NCBI GenBank assembly: GCA_050746925.1
Contig: JBOGNA010000110.1
Coordinates: 726 to 64,725 of the forward strand
Source: Candidatus Acidiferrales bacterium
Lineage (GTDB): Bacteria; Acidobacteriota; Terriglobia; Acidiferrales; UBA7541
Length of the DNA: 64,000 bases
Direction: 5' to 3'
Shown here: positions 1 to 9,529 of the stretch, piece after piece
How the letters are laid out: every line of letters starts with the position of its first letter
How positions within the stretch are numbered: position 1 is the first letter of the stretch
Notes under the pieces: generated by a model
Database searches by the model: none
What the model was told of the DNA's origin: nothing
The model's input: the letters and a program-made list of their open reading frames with translations, nothing else
Made by a program: the position numbers and the translations under genes

Positions 1-899
1 TTCTCACCGAACAGGCCAAGCACCGCGTCGAGATCCTGAACCCGCAGCGCGGACCCAAGCACCATTTTCTCGAACTCGTCGAGAAAAACGCCCAGCATTC
101 CTTCGTACAGCGATTCCGCGTGCTGCGTCCCTCGTCGGCTGCCATTGCGGAGGCTCTGGAATCCGCGCTGGGGCTGCTCGAGCCGCCGAAGCGAATCGAG
201 TGCTTCGATATTTCTCACACGCAAGGGACGGAAACCGTGGCTTCGATGGTCGTGTGGGAAGCGGGTCGGATGAAGAAGTCCGACTACCGGAAATTCATCA
301 TCCGTGGCGAAGCGGCCGTCGAAGGAGAAGCAGCGCAACCTGGCGGATTGCTGCGCGACGATTTCGCCAGCATGCGCGAAGCCGTCGGCAGGCGCTATCG
401 GCGCCTGCAGGACGAGAGCAAGCCGCTGCCCAGCCTGATCCTCATCGATGGAGGAATCGGCCAACTTCATGCCGCCGCGCAGGCGCTCGAAAAACTCGAG
501 ATCATCAACCAGCCGGTCGCGAGCATCGCCAAGAAAGAAGAGATTCTCTACATACTAGGTCGCGAAGACGAGCCCATCGTTCTCGACCGCCATTCGCCGG
601 TGCTGCAATTGATTCAGCAGATTCGCGACGAGACGCACCGTCTTGCGGTCACGTTTCACCGCCAGCGGCGCTCCAGCCGGCGGCTGCGCACTTCACTCAC
701 CGAGATTCCCGGCGTGGGCGAGCGCACGGCGCGCAAACTCTTACGGAAATTCGGCAGCGTGGCGAGGCTGCGTCAATTGACGATCGACGACTTGGCTGCG
801 GAGCTGCCGCGCGCACAAGCACAGCGGGTTTTCACGGGCCTGCGCGACGCGAATGTCGCTGGAGCTGACGGCGGCGCTGCAGAATCGAATTCCCGCTAA
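1..899 (+). CDS. uvrC: Excinuclease ABC subunit C, C-terminal part (5' end outside window)
   Basis: The frame is open from base 3. It contains CFDISHTQG...MVVWE and C-terminal helix-hairpin-helix-like IPGVGERTARKLL, as in UvrC. Confidence 0.9.
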   Translation, partial: LTEQAKHRVEILNPQRGPKHHFLELVEKNAQHSFVQRFRVLRPSSAAIAEALESALGLLEPPKRIECFDISHTQGTETVASMVVWEAGRMKKSDYRKFIIRGEAAVEGEAAQPGGLLRDDFASMREAVGRRYRRLQDESKPLPSLILIDGGIGQLHAAAQALEKLEIINQPVASIAKKEEILYILGREDEPIVLDRHSPVLQLIQQIRDETHRLAVTFHRQRRSSRRLRTSLTEIPGVGERTARKLLRKFGSVARLRQLTIDDLAAELPRAQAQRVFTGLRDANVAGADGGAAESNSR

Positions 900-978
900 C
901 ATCGCGATCCGACTAGGTTTGCGGCTCTGCTTGCTACCCCCGAAGGCCTGTGCTACTGTCACATTTGGAGGTGAAAAG

Positions 979-1272
979 ATGGCTGATAATAGCGCCGGCT
1001 CGAAGGTGAGCTTTTTCCTAGTTGGACTTGGCATCGGAGCACTGGTGGGACTCCTCTTCGCGCCGAAATCGGGCGACGAAACACGCGAATATCTGACCGG
1101 CAAGGCCGACGAAGGCCGAGAATACGCGCAGCGCAAAGCCCGTGAGTTGCGTGAACGCGCCGAAGATCTGATCGAGCGCAGCAAGGAAATTATGTCGCGG
1201 CAGAAGGACGGACTGACGGCCGCCGTCGAAGCGGGAAAAGAAACGTACAAACGGGAATCAAAAGTTTCCTAG
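979..1272 (+). CDS. YtxH domain-containing protein
   Basis: ATG 979 is preceded by GGAGGTG. The protein has an N-terminal TM helix (FFLVGLGIGALVGLLFAPKSG) and a charged helical tail typical of YtxH. Confidence 0.7.
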   Translation: MADNSAGSKVSFFLVGLGIGALVGLLFAPKSGDETREYLTGKADEGREYAQRKARELRERAEDLIERSKEIMSRQKDGLTAAVEAGKETYKRESKVS

Positions 1273-1308
1273 TTCGTCCCGTACGATCAACCTCGTAAGG
1301 AGCAATCG

Positions 1309-1815
1309 ATGTCCGGCTGGGCGGAAGCGTTCGTCGTCATCGCGGCCATCGCTATCGTGATTCAGATGGCGATTCTGCTGGCGATGTTCGTTCAGATGAA
1401 GACGGCCATCGAGCAGTTCACGCGGATCGCGACGGACTTGCAGAACCGGATCGATCCAATTCTCCTGCGCACCAACCGGATTCTCGAAGATTCCGAAGAT
1501 CGCATTGCGAGCATTATGGGCGACGCGGCGGAGATTACCCGCGTCGCTCGTGGTTCCGCGCAGAAGATCGATCGCGTGTTCACGGACGCGGTAGAGCGGT
1601 TGCGCGTCCAAATTATTCGCGCGGACCACATTTTGACCGGCACGCTCGAAGTCGTCGAAGAATCGGGCGCGAAATTCCGGCGCACGCTCTGGACTCCCAT
1701 CCAGCAGGCTTCGGCGATTCTGAAGGGGCTGAAAGTGGGAATCGACATGATCCGCGGGCAGAACCGGCGGCCGGAATCAGACGCTGCGACGCAGGACGAA
1801 GAACTTTTTATTTAA
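1309..1815 (+). CDS. DUF948-like membrane-anchored protein
   Basis: The 168-aa ORF has an N-terminal TM helix and a long helical region. It is adjacent to the YtxH gene, a common pairing. Confidence 0.6.
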   Translation: MSGWAEAFVVIAAIAIVIQMAILLAMFVQMKTAIEQFTRIATDLQNRIDPILLRTNRILEDSEDRIASIMGDAAEITRVARGSAQKIDRVFTDAVERLRVQIIRADHILTGTLEVVEESGAKFRRTLWTPIQQASAILKGLKVGIDMIRGQNRRPESDAATQDEELFI

Positions 1816-1820
1816 TCAAG

Positions 1821-1843
1821 GCTCGCGGTCCTCGCGAGTTTTT
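1821..1843 (+). terminator. Rho-independent terminator candidate
   Basis: Stem CTCGCG (1822-1827) pairs with CGCGAG (1833-1838) around a 5-nt loop, followed by TTTTT. It lies just after the stop at 1815. Confidence 0.5.
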
Positions 1844-1917
1844 CCTGCCTGAACAAATTCAACAATATCTAAGCGCGAAACTTTGATGCGCGGATGGCGC
1901 GTTGCTTTGGCGTGAGA

Positions 1918-1937
1918 GGGCACGGCATGCCGTGCCC
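1918..1937. repeat. Perfect 20-bp palindrome GGGCACGGCATGCCGTGCCC (REP-like)
   Basis: Read directly from the sequence. A near-identical copy with the same TGAGAG 5' flank lies at 11245-11264. This copy sits between convergent genes. Confidence 0.75.
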
Positions 1938-1952
1938 CTACTGAAAAAGATT

Positions 1953-3209
1953 TCAGTGAATCCAACCACCACCTAGAACTAAGTCGCCTGAATAGAATAC
2001 TGCGGCTTGACCTGGCGTGATGGCGCGCTGCGGGTCGCGGAATTTTACGCGCGCGCGGGTGGCGTCGATTGCGGTAATTTCCGCGGCGGCGGGCTCGTGG
2101 CGATTGCGGACGCGAACCATCGCTTCGACAGGAACGCTTGGCGCTTCGAATGGAATCCAGTTCACGTCGCGGACTTCGCACACGGTGCCGCGCAGATCCT
2201 CGTCTTCGCCGACGACGAGGCGATTTGCAGCGCGGTCGAGCGCGACGACATAGAGCGGGCGCCCGGCGGAAAGGCCGAGTCCGCGACGCTGGCCGACCGT
2301 GTATTGGTGCAGCCCGGTGTGGCGACCAAGGACTTCGCCTGTGGTGGTGACGATCTCGCCGGGATTTTCCGGTAACTTGCTTCCCTGCTCTTGCAGGTAA
2401 CTCTCGATGAAGCGCACATAATTCCCCGTCGGCACGAAGCAGATTTCCTGGCTTTCCGGTTTCTCGGCGACCGGAACTTTCAGCCGGCGAGCGATTTCGC
2501 GCACTTCCTGCTTCGATAATTCGCCGAGCGGAAAATCGGTGCGTGCAAGCTGTTCCTGCGTGAGGCCGAAGAGAAAGTAGGACTGGTCCTTTGTTTCGTC
2601 GATGGCGCGGAGCAATTCGTAGCGGCCGGTATCCGGATTGTGACGAACGCGGGCGTAGTGGCCGGTGGCGATGCGTTCGGCTCCGATCTGGCGCGCGATC
2701 GTCAGGAGCTGGTCGAACTTCACGTGATTGTTGCAGAGAGTGCACGGAATCGGAGTGCGCCCTTCGAGATAGTCGTTCACGAACGGGCGGATGACGGTGT
2801 TCTCGAATTCGCGCTCGAAATTCACCACGTAGTACGGCACGCCGAGATGTTCGGCCACGCGACGCGCGTCGTACACGTCGTCGATCGAGCAGCAGCGGTG
2901 CTGCGCGGGGGCGCTCGATTCCTCCTGCGGCAGGCGGCGCTGATTCCAGAGCTGCATTGTGAGGCCGACCATAGCCTGTCCGCGATCGTGCAGGATGGCA
3001 GCTACGGTGGAGCTATCGACGCCGCCGGACATTGCGACTGCGACGGTTCCTTTCGCTGCGAGCTGAGGCGCCGGCGAGGCCAGAGGCGCACAGGCCCTTC
3101 GTTCCTCAGGGCGAACATGAGCGCCCGTGGCACTCAAACCGGCTCCCGTCGCGATCGTAACCAAGTTTGCTGCGTCCCGCATTTGCAGATCCAGGCCGGA
3201 TGCGCTCAT
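1953..3209 (-). CDS. mnmA: tRNA 2-thiouridine(34) synthase MnmA
   Basis: It has the PP-loop SGGVDSS and strong MnmA-like sequence throughout. ATG 3209 overlaps the upstream stop (ATGA). The ORF-track start at 3428 would overlap the desulfurase gene. Confidence 0.9.
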   Translation of the reverse strand: MSASGLDLQMRDAANLVTIATGAGLSATGAHVRPEERRACAPLASPAPQLAAKGTVAVAMSGGVDSSTVAAILHDRGQAMVGLTMQLWNQRRLPQEESSAPAQHRCCSIDDVYDARRVAEHLGVPYYVVNFEREFENTVIRPFVNDYLEGRTPIPCTLCNNHVKFDQLLTIARQIGAERIATGHYARVRHNPDTGRYELLRAIDETKDQSYFLFGLTQEQLARTDFPLGELSKQEVREIARRLKVPVAEKPESQEICFVPTGNYVRFIESYLQEQGSKLPENPGEIVTTTGEVLGRHTGLHQYTVGQRRGLGLSAGRPLYVVALDRAANRLVVGEDEDLRGTVCEVRDVNWIPFEAPSVPVEAMVRVRNRHEPAAAEITAIDATRARVKFRDPQRAITPGQAAVFYSGDLVLGGGWIH

Positions 3210-4390
3210 CGGGCGGTCACCATTGTGGCGGAGCGCGGCGAAAGGGCGCGGAGGCGTTCGACGACCGCGGGGATTGTGGCGATGGCGTGGTCGATTTCTT
3301 TGGCGGTGGTTTGGCGGCCGAGGCTGAAGCGCAGGCTGGAGCGCGCGTCGTCGGGCGAGAGGCCGGCAGCGAGAAGCACGTGGGACGGCTCGACGGCGCC
3401 CGAGGAGCAGGCTGCGCCGGTGGAGCATTCGATACCGAGAAGATCGAGCGCGATGAGCATTGCTTCACCGCCCGCCGCCGCGAAGGAAAGATTTGTTGTG
3501 TTGGGCGCGCGGCGCGTTCGGTCGCCGTTCACGCGAACCGACGGAACCGATTCGAGAATCGCAGCTTCCAGTCTGTCGCGCTGCGCGCGGACGCGCTCGG
3601 GCTCTGACGATAAATTCGCCGCAGCGAGTTCGGCGGCTTTTCCGAGCGCGACAATGCCCGGAACATTTTCGGTGCCGCGGCGGCGGTCGCGTTCGTGATG
3701 GCCGCCGTGCGACTGCGGAGCAAGCGGCGTGCCGGTGCGAATGTAGAGAGAGCCAACGCCCTTGGGGCCGTAAATTTTATGCGCGGAAATGCTGAGAAGA
3801 TCGACGCCAAGTTCATCGACGTGGATCGGGATCTTGCCGGCCGATTGCACGGCGTCGGAGTGGAGGTAGACGTCGGCTTCGGCGGCCATGCGTCCGATTT
3901 CTTCGATGGGCTGGATCGTGCCGAGTTCGTTGTTCGCCTGCATCACGCTGATCAGGATGGTTTCCGGGCGCAGCGCGCGGCGAATTTCAGCGGGGTCCAC
4001 AATTCCTGTGCTGCCGACCGGAACGTAGCTCACGTCGAAGCCCTGCGCTTCGAGCGCCTGGCAGGAATTGAGAATGGCGTGGTGCTCGATCGCCGTCGTG
4101 ACGACGTGTGCGCGCGTGCCGCTGGACTTCGCGGCCACGGCTAAAACGATGCCGAAGATTGCGAGATTGTCCGCTTCCGTGCCGCCGCTGGTGAAAACGA
4201 TTTCCGATGGCTTGGCGCCGAGAAGAGCGGCTACAGAATCGCGGGCGCGATCGACGGCGGTGCGAGCGCGCTGGCCGGCCGAATGAACGGAGCTGGCGTT
4301 GCCAAAGTTATCGGCGAGGAACGGGATCATGGCGTCGAGGACGGCCGGGTCCACGGGGGTGGTGGCGTTGTAATCGAGATAGGCGCGCAT
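3206..4390 (-). CDS. Cysteine desulfurase (NifS/IscS family)
   Basis: It has class V aminotransferase features, including [17 protein letters not shown] (PLP lysine) and the C-terminal active-site region GAACSSG. Confidence 0.9.
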   Translation of the reverse strand: MRAYLDYNATTPVDPAVLDAMIPFLADNFGNASSVHSAGQRARTAVDRARDSVAALLGAKPSEIVFTSGGTEADNLAIFGIVLAVAAKSSGTRAHVVTTAIEHHAILNSCQALEAQGFDVSYVPVGSTGIVDPAEIRRALRPETILISVMQANNELGTIQPIEEIGRMAAEADVYLHSDAVQSAGKIPIHVDELGVDLLSISAHKIYGPKGVGSLYIRTGTPLAPQSHGGHHERDRRRGTENVPGIVALGKAAELAAANLSSEPERVRAQRDRLEAAILESVPSVRVNGDRTRRAPNTTNLSFAAAGGEAMLIALDLLGIECSTGAACSSGAVEPSHVLLAAGLSPDDARSSLRFSLGRQTTAKEIDHAIATIPAVVERLRALSPRSATMVTAR

Positions 4391-4412
4391 GGTCTAGGGC
4401 CGCGGTACCAGG

Positions 4413-4522
4413 GGAAAATCGCGATTGGCAAATCGCATTCTATTTGCGATTAGAAAATTGGATGTAATTGATTCTGCGTTACTTAGAGAGATCTCTAATC
4501 GCGGATTTGCGATTAGAAAATC
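4413..4522. repeat. Dispersed hairpin repeat, copy 1 (TTTCTAATCG / CGATTAGAAA family)
   Basis: It contains CAAATCGCATTCTATTTGCGATTAGAAA, a spacer, then TCTAATCGC-GGATTT-GCGATTAGA. Related copies lie at 34365-34445 and 46366-46478. Confidence 0.7.
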
Positions 4523-4800
4523 AGCCGGCCTACCCGCGGCCAGGTGCCTGCCAGCGGGCGTACCACTCCTCTTCGAGGACGTCATTCGCCCCGCCCGCTC
4601 CCGCCACCGCCGCGTTGTAAGTTGGCTGCCCATAAACGCCCAGATAAGGCTAGCAGGGTTTGCGAGGATTGCAACCGGTTGTTGGTGTGGATACTTTGGA
4701 GGCGGATTGACGGGCCAAGGAAAATGGCGATCTCAAATTTCAAATTTCAGATTGAGGCGAAACCGGAGCACCTGGTTAACGATTGCATGAGCGTAACGTT

Positions 4801-4828
4801 GAGATCCTTCGCTACGCTCAGGATGACA
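4801..4828. repeat. REP-like unit GAGATCCTTCGCTACGCTCAGGATGACA
   Basis: Its reverse complement (GTCATCCTGAGCG...GAAGGATCTC) recurs in variant form at 32349-32394. Confidence 0.55.
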
Positions 4829-5036
4829 AAAACTCGGCGGGAGACGGGATGACAAGAACTGCTCGGCAAGAGCGAGGAATCGAGGAAGCGAATCTGCGCG
4901 CGAATGCGCTGGCGGCGGAGAAAAAAGCATTAACTGGTTGGTGCGCGTTGCCTTGACAGTGGTGCGAGCGTCCGATAGCGTCGAAGAGCGCGTCACTCGC
5001 TGGAAGAATCGCACTTCATACGAATCGGAGCCTACG

Positions 5037-5837
5037 TTGGCACAGCACCGGCCCATCATCACTCTCACGACCGATTACGGCACCAACGACCATCTGGTTG
5101 GCGTCATGAAGGGCGTGATCCTCAGTATTAATCCGGAAGCGACGGTTGTGGACATTACGCACGGCGTGCTGGCGCACGACATTCTGGATGGCGCGTTGAC
5201 GATCGGGCAGGCGTACAACTATTTTCCGCCGCGAACGATTCATGTGGTGGTGGTGGACCCAGGGGTGGGAACCGCGCGGCGTCCGCTGCTGGTGGCGAGC
5301 GATCAGCACTATTTTGTGGCGCCGGATAACGGAGTGCTGTCGGCGGTGTACGACCAGACCGAAGCGCTCTATGCGTGGCACATTACCTCCGAGCATTATT
5401 TCCGCCAGCCCGTCAGCAATACGTTCCATGGGCGCGACGTGTTTGCACCGGTGGCGGCGTGGCTTTCGAAATCGTGGCAGACATCGGCGTTTGGAGACGC
5501 GGTGGAAGATTTGGCGCGCTTTGCGATACCGAAGCCCAAAGTGAACGGCAACACAATCAAGGCGATCGTGCTGAAGGTGGATAATTTCGGGAACCTGATC
5601 ACGAATTTGAAACTGGAGGATGCACCGGGGCTGGCGGAGGCGGAAGGAAAGTTTGCGATCCGCGTGGGAAATGGCGAGGTGAAAAAGATTTTGCCGACAT
5701 TTGCCGGCGGGGCGGCGGGAGAGGCGTTCGGCGTAATTGGGTCGAGCGGATACCTGGAGATTTCAGTGAATAAGGGAAATGCGGCGCGCGCGCTGGGCGT
5801 GGGGCGCGGGGCGGAAGTTACGGTGGAGCTGGGTTAG
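5037..5837 (+). CDS. SAM hydrolase / SAM-dependent halogenase family protein (DUF62)
   Basis: It contains IITLTTDYGTNDHLVGVMKGV...VVVVDPGVGT, characteristic of the family. TTG 5037 is preceded by GGAG. The ORF could also start at GTG 4938. Confidence 0.8.
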   Translation: MAQHRPIITLTTDYGTNDHLVGVMKGVILSINPEATVVDITHGVLAHDILDGALTIGQAYNYFPPRTIHVVVVDPGVGTARRPLLVASDQHYFVAPDNGVLSAVYDQTEALYAWHITSEHYFRQPVSNTFHGRDVFAPVAAWLSKSWQTSAFGDAVEDLARFAIPKPKVNGNTIKAIVLKVDNFGNLITNLKLEDAPGLAEAEGKFAIRVGNGEVKKILPTFAGGAAGEAFGVIGSSGYLEISVNKGNAARALGVGRGAEVTVELG

Positions 5838-5855
5838 CCACATCGGTCGGAGCTA

Positions 5856-6122
5856 TTAGCGCCGGAGCAGCCGAGCGACGAGCCAAGCGTACAGATAGCT
5901 CGCGAAGAATGTCAGGACGGCCAGATCCGCGATCCACCGAGGCTGGTCACTCCGCAAGTTCCGTAGAAGCATGAGTTCGGGAAGAATCAGCGTAGTCAGA
6001 AAATAAGCCGGCAGCTGGCGCCAGTCGCCGTAGCGAAATCCGGTAACCATGCACCACAGCGCGGCGAGTCGCGCGGCAGCAATCCAGGAACCGTACTTCC
6101 ACACTACGGGGTCCATTCGCAC
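5856..6122 (-). CDS. Small hypothetical membrane protein
   Basis: The 88-aa ORF has 2-3 hydrophobic helices. No family was recognised. Confidence 0.35.
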   Translation of the reverse strand: MRMDPVVWKYGSWIAAARLAALWCMVTGFRYGDWRQLPAYFLTTLILPELMLLRNLRSDQPRWIADLAVLTFFASYLYAWLVARLLRR

Positions 6123-6201
6123 GTTACCTCCCTCGCAGCAAGCTAACGGCTGACTCGGTATCGACTGCTACTTCCCCACCCACGACAGCGAGTAGGCCCG
6201 A

Positions 6202-6939
6202 TCACAGCGCCAGATCACGCAATTGCTTCGAGCCAGTTCGGCTGGCAACGATGCGTGCGCCGCTTTTCATAACCACCTGGACACGAGCGGTGTCGTAAAG
6301 ATCGATCGAAGTGATGTATTCGAGGTTAATCAGGTGGGAGCGGTGAATTCTCAAGAAATGTGCGTCCTTCAACTGCGCCTCGAGATCGGACAGCCGGACG
6401 CTAACGAGATATTGTTTCGCCGCGGTGAAAATTGTGACGTAATCATCGGCCCCTTGCACGCGTTCGAGGCTTGCGAGTGGAATGGGGAGAATGCGGTTGC
6501 CGTCACGAACGAAGATTCTGGAAAGTGCACGCGTGTGTTGCAGCGATTCTCTCGCCCGTGGGAGCAAGGGAACATCTGAGTCGTTTAATGCCTGCTGCGC
6601 GCGACGCACCACGCGTTCCAATCGGTCACGTCCAAAGGGCTTCAGAAGGTAATCGAGAGCGCCGAGTTCGAACGCGGTGACGGCGTACTGATCGTACGCG
6701 GTGGTGAAAATGACCTTGGGTTCGTATTCGAGCTGTTCGAGAACTTCCAAACCCGTTGCGCCGGGCATCACGATATCGAGAAAAATCAGATGAGGCCGCC
6801 GTTCATTGGCAATTGCAATCGCGGTATTGCCGTCGCGCGCTTCATGGATTTCGCCCGTCCAACCGAGGCCGAGGAGATGCTCGCGAAGCGTGCGTCGAGC
6901 AAGCGGCTCGTCGTCGGCGATCAGGACGGCATCGTTCAT
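6202..6939 (-). CDS. LytR/AlgR-family response regulator (REC + LytTR)
   Basis: The receiver domain has LIADDE...DIVMPG. The C-terminal LytTR domain has IHRSHLINL. There is a 4-nt overlap with the upstream kinase gene. Confidence 0.9.
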   Translation of the reverse strand: MNDAVLIADDEPLARRTLREHLLGLGWTGEIHEARDGNTAIAIANERRPHLIFLDIVMPGATGLEVLEQLEYEPKVIFTTAYDQYAVTAFELGALDYLLKPFGRDRLERVVRRAQQALNDSDVPLLPRARESLQHTRALSRIFVRDGNRILPIPLASLERVQGADDYVTIFTAAKQYLVSVRLSDLEAQLKDAHFLRIHRSHLINLEYITSIDLYDTARVQVVMKSGARIVASRTGSKQLRDLAL

Positions 6940-8102
6940 AGAGATTCACCGGTCACGGACTTCGCGGACCGAAAGCCTGCAGCGGCAGTGTCGCGGCGCG
7001 GTACGGATGAGTCTGCACCGAGTGGAACTTCGAAACTTGCTTCGAAGCCGCCGGGACCGCTTTTCACGCAGAGGCCGGCGGCGGAGCCGAAGGCGCCACG
7101 CAGGCGCTCGCGCAGCGAACGTAGCCCGAATTGATGCGATGAGCCGGCGGCAACATCAAGACGAGGGTCAACGCCTGCGTCAACGTCAGCGCCGGCGCCA
7201 GGTCCGTCATCTCGCACCGTTACGTTGAGTTTTCCATCGCGGCACGAGGAAATGATCCAGATCGAGCCGCCTTCAGGACGAACGGAAATCGCGTGGCGAA
7301 CGGCATTTTCCGCCAAGGTTTGCAGAGAAAACGGCGGAACGTCGAAGTGCACGGATTCCGGATCAATCTGCAGGCTGACTTTCAAGCGATCTTCATAGCG
7401 AAGTTGTTCGAAGACGATGTACTGGCGGGTGAAATCAAGCTCCTCGGAAAATTCCACCAATTCGCGGCCATCCTCTTTCAAGGTATAGCGAAGCATGTCG
7501 CCCAGGCGCTCGATGGCAACCTCGGAGATCGCGGGATGGAATTTCACCAGAGCAGCGAGGGTGTGGAGCGCGTTGAACAGAAAATGCGGGTTCAAGCGGG
7601 CGCGAATCGCGTCAAGGCGAGCCGAGGCTGCCAGCGCTTCCGCGCGCGCCGCGAGGGTTTCCTTTTCGTGCATGCGATTGCGCGTCTGCACGGCGTAGGA
7701 GACGCCGGCGAACAAGCCATAGAGCCAAAGTCCGGTGAGAAGTTGCCAGCCGAGAACGGGCGAGCGCCAGAAATCGTGGAGCGAGAGGTTTCCGCGGCGT
7801 ATCGAGTCGAGCCCATACACCGCGATCGTCAAAGCAATTGAGTACGCTAACGCAAAGACGATTTGCAGCAGATAGAACTTCAGACTGAGCCGAAGAGGCC
7901 ACGGTAATCGGCGGCACACATGCCAAACGGCGATTCCCAGCGCGCTCGCACTGCCCATCGAAATCATGCTGGCCGCAATGGCTGCCGGCAATTTGTAGTG
8001 CGCGTACGACATCGCGAATAACACCCAGATCGCGAAGAACGGCAGCCATGCCGCCAGGACGATCGCATAGCGCTGGATGGTCTTCGGCGTCATTTGGCGC
8101 AA
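6936..8102 (-). CDS. Sensor histidine kinase (LytS/YehU-like)
   Basis: It has a multi-TM N-terminus, a His_kinase motif LNPHFLFNALHTL and a C-terminal HATPase region. Confidence 0.85.
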   Translation of the reverse strand: MRQMTPKTIQRYAIVLAAWLPFFAIWVLFAMSYAHYKLPAAIAASMISMGSASALGIAVWHVCRRLPWPLRLSLKFYLLQIVFALAYSIALTIAVYGLDSIRRGNLSLHDFWRSPVLGWQLLTGLWLYGLFAGVSYAVQTRNRMHEKETLAARAEALAASARLDAIRARLNPHFLFNALHTLAALVKFHPAISEVAIERLGDMLRYTLKEDGRELVEFSEELDFTRQYIVFEQLRYEDRLKVSLQIDPESVHFDVPPFSLQTLAENAVRHAISVRPEGGSIWIISSCRDGKLNVTVRDDGPGAGADVDAGVDPRLDVAAGSSHQFGLRSLRERLRGAFGSAAGLCVKSGPGGFEASFEVPLGADSSVPRRDTAAAGFRSAKSVTGESL

Positions 8103-8221
8103 ATTATCGCAGTTTTTGACCTATTTCACCTCACGATTGACCGACTGATTCTGCCTGTTGGCCGAAAACTTGTGGCTCCGTTCCTAATCGCGGGCTAGTT
8201 TCGAGCGCAGAGGAGAAACAA

Positions 8222-9109
8222 GTGCGCCGAAAAAACATGCCAAGGATTGCGGCTCTACTGGTTATTTCAGCTGTAGCGATGGTCACAACAGCTGGCGGGA
8301 TGGCGGATCCTAAAGCGTCGAAAGTGGATTCCACGGTCCGCACATCGATCGTTAACGCGACGTCCGGCCTGTCGCACAAACAAGTGGCCGGGATCATCGT
8401 GCAAATACAGAGAGCCGATTATGAGGGTGATCGCGCAGCGTTGAAACGCCTGTATGACGAGCTTGCTCCTGAGGATAAGAACAAGGAACTGGCGGCGCGG
8501 GTGCGATACTGGCGCGGATTTGCTCTGTGGCGGAGAGCGATCAACGGCTTTAACGACAATACGGACCCGCAGGAGTTAGGAGCGGATTTGAAACAGGCGT
8601 GGGAGGAATTCAACGAGTCGACGAATATCGAACCGAATTTCGTGGAGGCGAAGATTGGGGCGATGTCGTGCGTGGGTCTTCTGGCATTCTCGATAAAAGA
8701 GAAAGACCCTGCCAGGATACAGGAACTAATCGTCCAAGCCAGACAACTGCGCAAGGAAATCGACGCCGCAGCTCCAGACAATCCTCGCTACCTCTGGGTG
8801 TGGGGACCGAGTCTGTGGTATGTCCCGGCGGAGCGTGGCGGCGGCCAAGAAAAAGCACTGGCGACGTATGACAAGGGCTTGGCGATGATACGGACGCACA
8901 AGGGCGCGACGAGCGATCCGCTCGAGCCAACGTGGGGAGAGCCCGAGCTGTTGATGAGCCTTGCATGGTCGAACCTGAATCGGAGTACGCCGGACTTGAA
9001 TGCGGCCGAGCAAAATGCACGTGCCGCCCTGGCGATAGTTCCCTACTGGCATTACGTGAGGGATATTTTGCTGCCGCAAATCGAGGATGCGCAGAAAAAA
9101 AAGAACTAG
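8222..9109 (+). CDS. Secreted hypothetical protein
   Basis: AGGAG lies upstream of GTG 8222. The signal peptide is AALLVISAVAMVTTAGGMA, and the mature part is helical and repeat-like. Confidence 0.6.
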   Translation: MRRKNMPRIAALLVISAVAMVTTAGGMADPKASKVDSTVRTSIVNATSGLSHKQVAGIIVQIQRADYEGDRAALKRLYDELAPEDKNKELAARVRYWRGFALWRRAINGFNDNTDPQELGADLKQAWEEFNESTNIEPNFVEAKIGAMSCVGLLAFSIKEKDPARIQELIVQARQLRKEIDAAAPDNPRYLWVWGPSLWYVPAERGGGQEKALATYDKGLAMIRTHKGATSDPLEPTWGEPELLMSLAWSNLNRSTPDLNAAEQNARAALAIVPYWHYVRDILLPQIEDAQKKKN

Positions 9110-9207
9110 AAACGCTCTCCGCGAGACAAGAACCGACCGACTGTGTTCATTCCATGCGTGACGCCGTCGCTCTCGTGCCTTAGAACCAGCGAAAGCACCT
9201 CTACTGC

Positions 9208-9529
9208 TTAACGCGCGAGGGTGGTGACAATCAAGTAGGCGCGCATGCGCGGGTCGAGCCAGTCGCGGAGGGCGTCGCCGAGGAGATTGAAGGCTAGGAC
9301 CGCGGTCATTACGGCGAGGGCTGGGAAGATTACCAGGTGCGGCGCGTCGAAAAGGTGGCTGCGGGCGTCGTTGAGCATGGCGCCCCAGCTGGGCATGGGG
9401 GCGAGGACGCCTACACCTAGGAAGCTGAGTGTCGATTCGGCGAGGATTGCGCCGGCCATTGCGATTGTAGCTTGAACGAGCACTGGCTGAAGAATATTGG
9501 GCAGCAGGTGGCGGATCACGATGCGCGCG
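9208..9529 (-). pseudogene. 3' fragment (last ~107 codons) of a second DppC/OppC-type permease allele
   Basis: It aligns without gaps to 10215-10536. By hand count there are about 27 nt differences, which give an identical peptide except for one residue. There is no 5' part of the gene. Confidence 0.8.

Noticed and set aside
4413-4522. CRISPR-like appearance of the repeated ...GCGATTAGAAA units
   Set aside because: There are only two units per locus, the units are internally palindromic, the loci are dispersed (4.4, 34.4 and 46.4 kb), and there is no regular repeat-spacer periodicity or cas genes.
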